From positions 1 through 64,000 of IMG/VR virus record IMGVR_UViG_3300035698_008781: a DNA stretch of 64,000 nt. The stretch is one strand, 5' to 3'. The position numbers and the translations under genes were made by a program. Below are positions 57,134-64,000 of this stretch, piece by piece. The notes beneath the pieces were generated by a model. It was given only the letters and a program-made list of their open reading frames with translations. It searched no databases and was not told the DNA's origin. The stretch's first letter is position 1; each line of letters starts with the position of its first letter. Source of the DNA: a virus.

Positions 57134-58349
57134 TTTAAATATTACAGAATTAAAAAGTATTGTTAGTTATATTATTGATAATAACAACGTCTTAGAACAA
57201 GAAGATAAAAAAAGAACTGCTATTGAAGTAGTAGGTGAATCAGGTATTGGTAAAACAAGTGCTGTGATTCAAATAGCTCAAGAAAGAGAAATGGATATTG
57301 TTAAGTTAAACTTAGCTCAAATTGAAGAGTTAGGTGATTTAATTGGATATCCATTAAAAGAATTTCATATTTGTGCACCTGATGGTAAATGTATATGGGT
57401 TTCTGATAATTTATTAGAACATTACTTTAAATTAGGATACACTATTATTGAAAATGCAGATGCAAGAATGTCATATGCACCACCTGCATGGTTACCTAAA
57501 ACTATTAATCCTAATGGAGGTGTTTTAATATTAGATGACTGGAATAGAGCTGATCAAAGATTTATTCAAGCTGTAATGGAATTATTAGATAGAGGTCAAT
57601 ATATTTCTTGGGCACTTCCTCCTAATTGGACTATCTGTTTAACAGCAAATCCTGAAAATGGAGATTATAATGTATCTTCTATTGATAATGCTCAAAGAAC
57701 TAGATTTATTAGTTTTGATTTAGAGTTTGATAGAGAGGTATGGGCTAGATGGGCTGAAACAGAAAACATTGATGGTAGATGTATTAATTTTGTGTTAATG
57801 TATCCCGAAGTGTTGAAAAAAGAAGGTTCAGTTCAAACAGTTAATGCTAGAAGTTTAGTTACATTTTTTAATACTATTTCTGGAATTAAAGATTTTAATA
57901 GTTCAGAAGGATTATATAAAATTATGTTAATTTCTAAAGGGTGCTTCTCATCAAAAGAAAACGTAGTGGGTAATTTATTTACAATGTTTATTAATAATAG
58001 ACTTGATAAATTAATTCAACCTGATGAAATGTTATTTGGTGATTGGAAAACTATATCTAAAGAAATTAATGATTATGTTTATTCAGGTGAAAATAATACT
58101 TATAGAGCTGATATTGGTTCTACTATTACAACTAGATTTATTAATTTTGTAGAACACTATTTTGATGCAGATAAAAATGCTGAAACTAAAGTAGTAGTTG
58201 ATAGAATTATTGATATTGTTGAAAATGACAAAATGTTATTAGCAGAAGATTTAATTTTTAGTATGATTAGAAATATAGTAGGTAAATATCCTACTAGAAC
58301 TAATAAGTTATTAATGAATCCTAAAATTATGAAAAAAATTGTAGGATAA
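57126..58349 (+). CDS. MoxR-like AAA+ ATPase
   Basis: GESGIGKT, LILDDWNRA, LTANP, D.AQRTRF. Confidence 0.85.
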   Translation: MNSLNITELKSIVSYIIDNNNVLEQEDKKRTAIEVVGESGIGKTSAVIQIAQEREMDIVKLNLAQIEELGDLIGYPLKEFHICAPDGKCIWVSDNLLEHYFKLGYTIIENADARMSYAPPAWLPKTINPNGGVLILDDWNRADQRFIQAVMELLDRGQYISWALPPNWTICLTANPENGDYNVSSIDNAQRTRFISFDLEFDREVWARWAETENIDGRCINFVLMYPEVLKKEGSVQTVNARSLVTFFNTISGIKDFNSSEGLYKIMLISKGCFSSKENVVGNLFTMFINNRLDKLIQPDEMLFGDWKTISKEINDYVYSGENNTYRADIGSTITTRFINFVEHYFDADKNAETKVVVDRIIDIVENDKMLLAEDLIFSMIRNIVGKYPTRTNKLLMNPKIMKKIVG

Positions 58350-58361
58350 TAAAAAAAGAAA

Positions 58362-59435
58362 ATGATGATGAAGATGTGGAATAGTTTTGATACATTTAGT
58401 ATCAATAAGAATTATAATGGAGGGCAAATTAATGGTGATAGTTTTTATGTATCAGAAAATAAATATGGTTATAAAAATGGAGCCATTTTAAATGATGATG
58501 CATTAAAAGATTTTAAAACCAATTATAATAATATATTTACAACTACATCTACAGTTAAATCTGACGATGTAGTTTACTTTTTTAAAGAGAGTTCTTATCC
58601 TCGTTTTAAATTTAGTAATAATTGTGAAAATAAAAAGACAATACAAGTAGATAAAGCTACTAAAATTGTAACACCTAAATTAGATATATTTAATGATACA
58701 CGTTATTCTAAAAAATGTGATGTTATATTATGTACATTAACAAATAGAACGTTTGACCCAAGTAATGCTGTTTATTATACCGTTGACTTGGAAAAAGTTT
58801 ATAAAACGGGCGATGATATGATGAATTGTATTAAATTATTACAAGAAAAGTTTTTTATACAAGGAAATAATTATTCTATTGTAAATATTGAATATCTTAA
58901 TTCTTATATGACAGGTTGTAAAGATGTTCGTAAATTTATAAAAACTATTGAAGAAAATATTGATAAATGTATATCAGAAGAAAGTCTAGATACTTATTTA
59001 AGTACAGATTCTCCTGAATTAACAGAAGAAATGTATCATTCAATAGATACTATGTTGAAATCTAATGATAAAGGAACTGTAGAATTAGGTATTAAAATGC
59101 TAAATAATTTTGGTATTAATAAAAATTCTTTAAATTTAGGAATGTTAATTAGAAATAATGCTCAACAAATCACTAATAATAAAGCGAGAAATACCGTAGG
59201 ATTTAAAAATATATTAGATACATTAAGTATAGGTCCTGTACATTATATTATAGGTTCTGATAGCTTAAATTATTTAAGAACGTTATATAATGCATCAACA
59301 GATGATGTTAATAAAGAACATATTGAAAAGATATATAAAAAAGAAATATATGTTGAAATTGAAAATTTCTTTAGAAATACAAATCAAACTGATAAATGTA
59401 ATATACCTATTAAATTAGATTTAAATATATTATAA
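58362..59435 (+). CDS. hypothetical protein of the MoxR/vWA operon with the LxSxD family motif
   Basis: TMLKSNDKGTVELGIKML. Confidence 0.55.
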   Translation: MMMKMWNSFDTFSINKNYNGGQINGDSFYVSENKYGYKNGAILNDDALKDFKTNYNNIFTTTSTVKSDDVVYFFKESSYPRFKFSNNCENKKTIQVDKATKIVTPKLDIFNDTRYSKKCDVILCTLTNRTFDPSNAVYYTVDLEKVYKTGDDMMNCIKLLQEKFFIQGNNYSIVNIEYLNSYMTGCKDVRKFIKTIEENIDKCISEESLDTYLSTDSPELTEEMYHSIDTMLKSNDKGTVELGIKMLNNFGINKNSLNLGMLIRNNAQQITNNKARNTVGFKNILDTLSIGPVHYIIGSDSLNYLRTLYNASTDDVNKEHIEKIYKKEIYVEIENFFRNTNQTDKCNIPIKLDLNIL

Positions 59436-59436
59436 T

Positions 59437-59480
59437 AAAAACCCCACACTACTTAATTGTAATGTGGGGTTATTTTTTTT
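59437..59480. terminator. bidirectional terminator between convergent gene blocks
   Basis: AAAA-ACCCCACA...TGTGGGGT-TATTTTTTTT. Confidence 0.85.
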
Positions 59481-59488
59481 AGACTTTT

Positions 59489-62400
59489 CTAGTTTTTATT
59501 AAGGTAGTTATAAGCTTTTTTAGCATCTTTAAATATTTTACTTCCTGGTATAAATTTAGACATATCTATTGTTTCTTTAGCTAAACCTTCTAATCTATCT
59601 TCTTCAAGTGGATCTACAAGGTTTATAATTGCTGAAACAATGTCACTAGTTTCTTCTAAGAAATTTAATGTACTAATTGGATTTTTAAGTACTCTCCAAG
59701 CTTCATTAATATCAAAATATTGAGCAGCTTCAGATTGAGTTCTTCTAAATATAGCAGCAGCGTACCATAACATATCATCATCATCTCCTGCAGAAGCTGC
59801 AAATAAAGATGCTAATGTAGCCATTGTCATAATTATTGCTAATTCAGACATTGTTTTTTTAATATTACCTTGTTCCCAAGCATCCATTTCATTCCAATTT
59901 TTACGTATTAAATCAAATTGAAGTTTTTTAATATTAGGTAAAACATGATTTTTCATCCATCTAACTGTAGTAACATAATTACCTTCGTCAGGTCTTTGTA
60001 AATCATAATTCCATTGTAAATTTACATCTTCATCATTTTTAATATTAGTAGATAAACCTCTCCATCTACTTAATGTAGGTGATATAATATGTTTCTTAAA
60101 GTGAAATAATGATTTACCATAAAAATATCTTTGTAGTTCAGCTTGATAATCACTATTATATGTACCTTGAGATTTTTGTAATGATGATTGAATATAAGAT
60201 CTTACACTTGCTTTACCACCTTTATCATATTCAGTAATAGTATTTAAAGTAGTATAAAAAGGTTTTTTAATAGTTACACTCAAATTACCATCTTCTATAG
60301 TTGCTATATCTAGTAAACTTGCTGATAATTCTTTTGTAGCTACTATATTACCTTCTTTATCTAAATAATTACCATCTTTATCAAGTATTTTAACAGAATC
60401 TAATATAGTCATTGAATGAACAGCTTGTACATAATGTTCAGCACTTTCTTGAAAGAAGAATAGTGGTTTAGTTCCTGCAAATGCTAATGTTTTATTTTTT
60501 TCAAAATTATTTTGAAGCATTTGATGAGTGATTATACCACCATAAGATATTAATAATTGATTACCTAATGATTTGTAAACATTTCTACCCATATCATCCA
60601 TAAAACCACCTATATTCTTACTAAAGAATAATTCAGCTTTTTTAACATTAGCTAATCTTAAGTTAGGATCTCTTAATACTTCTAAGAAACTTTGAGATTT
60701 ACCTGTAATTAAATTGGCAGGAGCACCTATAGTATTTAATGCCATTGATGCTTGTGATACAATACTTCTTAAAAAGCCTTCTACTTTATTAACATCTTGA
60801 CCAAAGATTTGACCAGCATACTCTGTAGTTTTATCATATAGTCTATTATTCAACATTGTATCTAACATTTTAATTAAATATGCATCTTCTTTTGAATATT
60901 CAACAGGAGCATCAGTTTTACTAAACACACTTGTTATAACTCTACTACCAATACCTTTTACTTTTATAAATTTATTTTCTTGAATAACTTCTTTAAACAT
61001 TAATAAATCTGTAGCAACAGTATTCTTAACTTTAAATTTTACAGCATTTTGATATTCTAAAGCATATAAAGTAGCTAAATCTATAGATTGATGTTTTTGA
61101 TCTATCTTATTTCTAAAGTGAATTGGGACATATTTAACTTCTTTACCTGATAAATCAGTATACATTTTATAAATGTTATTATTATCAGTTAAATCTCCTA
61201 AATCAGTCTGGTCACTTTGTTGAGTAAAAGTTTCTTTATAGAACTCTTTAGCTGTCTGAACTAAATTACCTAACTTTAATGTACTAAGGGTATCCTTTCT
61301 TACTTTAGGTAATTCATAAAAGTCTGCATATAATATAGTTTTTTTTAGACTTTTCGTTCTAATTTGATATTGTTTATCACTTTCTTTAGCTAAATTTTGT
61401 ATATATTTTAAATAATTACGTTCTTGCTCAGTAAGTTTATATAAATCAGTTTTCCACTTATCAATTGGTACTCTAACTGGATTTAAAGCATCTTGTATAT
61501 TTAATATTTTAGTATTCTTATTTCTAAATTCAGTATATGCTGTTAAAGAATCTCTATATTCTATAGAGTTAACACCATGTTCTTCTTCAGCTTTACTACG
61601 AGCATTTTTTAGTGATTTAGCAATATTATAATATTCAATTTTATATTCACCTTTTAAGAAACCTACACCATCTTCAGAAAACTCAACTAAGTTTTTATAA
61701 ACATTATCAGAAGATATTGTTCTTTTACCTTTTAAGAAGTCATTTGTTTCTGATTGTAGACCTAATAATTTAGGTTGTATAATATTCTCGTAAGTATCTT
61801 TAATACTGTCTAATATTGAAGAAAACATCTGTATAATAGGATGTGAGAAATCTTTTTCAGAGTTCATTAAATAACTAAGTTGAGATATATCTAGAATTGG
61901 ATTATTTAACATTTCTTTAAAATCTTCTTTAGTTTCTTCTGTTATTTTATCTCTATTTTCAGACATCTTTTTATTAACATAAGATTCTATTTCATTTTTA
62001 GGAATATTTTTCTTATTAGCTTCAATTCTAAATTCCTGTTTATATCTTAATTCAGTTTCTTTATAACCTTTTAAGAACTTTGAGTTATTTTCTTCCAAAT
62101 ACTTTTTAGTAGCATCTAATATTTCACCTTTAGCTTTAGACGCTAATGCACCTAAATTTCTAGTTGTTTTTAATGTTTCATTATATTCTTCTTCAGTAAT
62201 GGAACCATTAGCTTTTAATTCATTTAAAGCTTTCTTAATAGAATCTTGAATGCTAATGAAAGCATCTACATAAGCTTTACTTGTATTAAATATTTTAGAA
62301 TCAAAGTCTTTTGGGTTTTCAAGCCTCGCATTAACAGAATACAACTGATTTTGCATAAATGTATTAAAAATATCTATAGATTTAAATCTATGTTCATCAG

Positions 62401-63619
62401 ATATATCTCCTAACTCTTTTTCAGAAGATTTAATTAATTTAACAACTTCTTTTACACTTCCTTTAAATTTAGAATTTTTATCTAATCTTTCAGATTGTAT
62501 TTCTAATACTTCTAATACATTAGTTATTTTATCATTTAATTTTTCTAAATGCTTAATATCAGTTTTTTTCTTACCAATAGAATATTTAGATTCTAAAACT
62601 TCAGAACCTTTAAATATTTCATCAGAATAATCAACTAATTGTAATAAGTCATTCATTAACTTATCATATTGTTTATTTGGTAAATTAAAAAATTCTTTAA
62701 AATAATTAATTAATTTATCCCAGAAACCTTGTTTAGCATTTAAAAATTTATTAACTTCTTTATTAAAATCTTTATTACTCATCATACCTGCTACAAACTC
62801 TTCAAAAGAAGACATTTCATGAATAAAACTATTTGTAATAAAACCTTGTGTAGATTGATAAAATTCTTTTAAACTTTCAACTAATTTACGTTCAGCTTCA
62901 TTTTTAGGTTGATTAATAATTCTAAGAGTTCTTTCATGATAAACTTCATGTATAAAGTTTCTTAAACCTTGCTCAATAGAATTAACGTCTCCTAAATTTT
63001 CTAAAGCTACTTCAATAGTATTTGTAGTACTATTAAATTGCATGTAAGTATCTTTATTCTTTAAATCATTAGCTTTAACTATTTTAACTTTAGCTTTAGT
63101 AGTAATCATTAAAGAGTTAATTAAATCAGTCATATATTTATCTGCTGTAAATACATCTGAATTTAAAATATTTAATAATACTTCGGAAGCATTGTCATTA
63201 GATACATTACCTTGAAATAAAGCATACTCAATTTCTTTAGAAAAATCTTCTTTACTTTCTTCACCTTCATTATATTCATCTTCAGATTGTTTACCAAAAA
63301 CTTCATTAACTTTATCACTAACTAAATCATTAAAATCTTTTTTAGACTCGTATACACCATTGTTATATACAATACCTTTAAGTTTATCAATCTTTCTAAA
63401 TAAAGCTTTATTAGGGTATGCTTTATCATTTTCTTCTAGAAATAATAATCCTTTTGTACCAAATCTTTCAGATGCATCTTTAGACCAAGCTTTATTTTTC
63501 TTTCTAAACTTATTAGTATCTAATATATTTAAATATTTATCTATAATTCCTTTAGTCCTCATGGAAGACTTTGTAGCGGCTTCCGAGGTCTTAAATTTTT
63601 TTTTGTCATCACAATTCAT
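59489..63619 (-). CDS. large virion (ejected cargo-type) protein with zincin HExxH motif
   Basis: 1376 aa, IHEVYH...FEEFVA, helical, hydrophobic C-terminal segments; typical of the crAss RNAP/cargo region. Confidence 0.6.
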   Translation of the reverse strand: MNCDDKKKFKTSEAATKSSMRTKGIIDKYLNILDTNKFRKKNKAWSKDASERFGTKGLLFLEENDKAYPNKALFRKIDKLKGIVYNNGVYESKKDFNDLVSDKVNEVFGKQSEDEYNEGEESKEDFSKEIEYALFQGNVSNDNASEVLLNILNSDVFTADKYMTDLINSLMITTKAKVKIVKANDLKNKDTYMQFNSTTNTIEVALENLGDVNSIEQGLRNFIHEVYHERTLRIINQPKNEAERKLVESLKEFYQSTQGFITNSFIHEMSSFEEFVAGMMSNKDFNKEVNKFLNAKQGFWDKLINYFKEFFNLPNKQYDKLMNDLLQLVDYSDEIFKGSEVLESKYSIGKKKTDIKHLEKLNDKITNVLEVLEIQSERLDKNSKFKGSVKEVVKLIKSSEKELGDISDEHRFKSIDIFNTFMQNQLYSVNARLENPKDFDSKIFNTSKAYVDAFISIQDSIKKALNELKANGSITEEEYNETLKTTRNLGALASKAKGEILDATKKYLEENNSKFLKGYKETELRYKQEFRIEANKKNIPKNEIESYVNKKMSENRDKITEETKEDFKEMLNNPILDISQLSYLMNSEKDFSHPIIQMFSSILDSIKDTYENIIQPKLLGLQSETNDFLKGKRTISSDNVYKNLVEFSEDGVGFLKGEYKIEYYNIAKSLKNARSKAEEEHGVNSIEYRDSLTAYTEFRNKNTKILNIQDALNPVRVPIDKWKTDLYKLTEQERNYLKYIQNLAKESDKQYQIRTKSLKKTILYADFYELPKVRKDTLSTLKLGNLVQTAKEFYKETFTQQSDQTDLGDLTDNNNIYKMYTDLSGKEVKYVPIHFRNKIDQKHQSIDLATLYALEYQNAVKFKVKNTVATDLLMFKEVIQENKFIKVKGIGSRVITSVFSKTDAPVEYSKEDAYLIKMLDTMLNNRLYDKTTEYAGQIFGQDVNKVEGFLRSIVSQASMALNTIGAPANLITGKSQSFLEVLRDPNLRLANVKKAELFFSKNIGGFMDDMGRNVYKSLGNQLLISYGGIITHQMLQNNFEKNKTLAFAGTKPLFFFQESAEHYVQAVHSMTILDSVKILDKDGNYLDKEGNIVATKELSASLLDIATIEDGNLSVTIKKPFYTTLNTITEYDKGGKASVRSYIQSSLQKSQGTYNSDYQAELQRYFYGKSLFHFKKHIISPTLSRWRGLSTNIKNDEDVNLQWNYDLQRPDEGNYVTTVRWMKNHVLPNIKKLQFDLIRKNWNEMDAWEQGNIKKTMSELAIIMTMATLASLFAASAGDDDDMLWYAAAIFRRTQSEAAQYFDINEAWRVLKNPISTLNFLEETSDIVSAIINLVDPLEEDRLEGLAKETIDMSKFIPGSKIFKDAKKAYNYLNKN

Positions 63620-63633
63620 AATTCATATTTTAA

Positions 63634-64000
63634 TTAAAATGGTACACAAGTATCATCATTATCTTCTTCTTTCCAAGAATCATCTTGTTCTCCAAATAAA
63701 TCCATTTGATTTTCAATCTTAGGTTGAGATTTAGATTTTTTAACTACGTCTTCTTTAGGAGTTAAATTTTTAATTTGTAATTTTAAATCTTTAATTCTTT
63801 CAGACTGTGTTATATCTGCTATATAATTTGTTTTACCTTTTGATAATATCTCAATTATAATATCTCTAATGCCACTTTCAGTGATTGGAGTTTCACTATA
63901 ATAATCTTGCCATAAATCTTCAGCAGCTTTTTCAACACTTACACCATCTTTACTAACTAGAGAAGATGATATGTCTTTACCAGCACCTACTTTTAAACCA
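63634..64000 (-). CDS. 3' end of a large protein extending beyond the window
   Basis: open frame ending ...KEEDNDDTCVPF* at 63634. Confidence 0.6.
   Translation of the reverse strand, partial: GLKVGAGKDISSSLVSKDGVSVEKAAEDLWQDYYSETPITESGIRDIIIEILSKGKTNYIADITQSERIKDLKLQIKNLTPKEDVVKKSKSQPKIENQMDLFGEQDDSWKEEDNDDTCVPF

Noticed and set aside
8058-63722. Short antisense ORFs (8058, 9144, 14741, 26309, 26666, 31377, 36912, 38791, 40805, 43504, 44329, 49326, 51825, 55657, 58157, 63360)
   Set aside because: They lie opposite well-supported genes, with low-complexity F/L/S/I-rich translations and no motifs.
1-64000. Alternative genetic code (TAG/TGA recoding seen in some crAss-like phages), or TAA readthrough suggested by two in-frame TAAs
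   Set aside because: Core genes are full length in the standard code, TAA is the commonest true stop, and no suppressor tRNA was seen.

Overview
A 64-kb, very AT-rich segment of a crAss-like (Crassvirales-type) dsDNA phage. The host is probably a Bacteroidota (Flavobacteriaceae-like) bacterium, judging by TTTG-N20-TAnnTTTG promoters and A-rich translation starts without Shine-Dalgarno sequences. The genetic code is standard. Positions 1-18.4 kb (minus strand) hold the virion and packaging module: TerL, portal, scaffold, MCP, ring, auxiliary capsid and tail proteins, plus IHF-like, GroES-like and PhoH genes. Positions 18.5-59.4 kb (plus strand) hold early, replication and metabolism genes. These include PolB and a DnaB-like helicase, each split by a group I intron carrying a GIY-YIG endonuclease, plus primase, SF2 helicase, ThyA, class II RNR, dUTPase, a phiEco32-like amidoligase cluster, MoxR/vWA, a tmRNA and one tRNA. 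Positions 59.5-64 kb (minus strand) encode large virion cargo-type proteins. The top finding is a TROVE/Ro60-like vWA gene (DUF2828-like, 20764-22428) followed directly by six RNA modules. Each module has a different 7-9 bp closing stem, a near-invariant ACAGCAA motif and a 4-nt RATA spacer. The loops carry tRNA pieces: a complete circularly permuted tRNA-Glu(UUC), two tRNA-Lys(UUU) anticodon stem-loop mimics and a tRNA-Leu-like 5' half. A seventh copy of the module overlaps the gene's own start codon. This looks like an undescribed RNP system displaying tRNA mimics, possibly as decoys or repair parts against anticodon nucleases (inference). Other notable items are a 41-aa tmRNA tag, attC-like gene cassettes, a hidden interrupted Tad1-like gene and a stand-alone structured ncRNA. 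All protein calls come from motif recognition by eye; no database searches were run.
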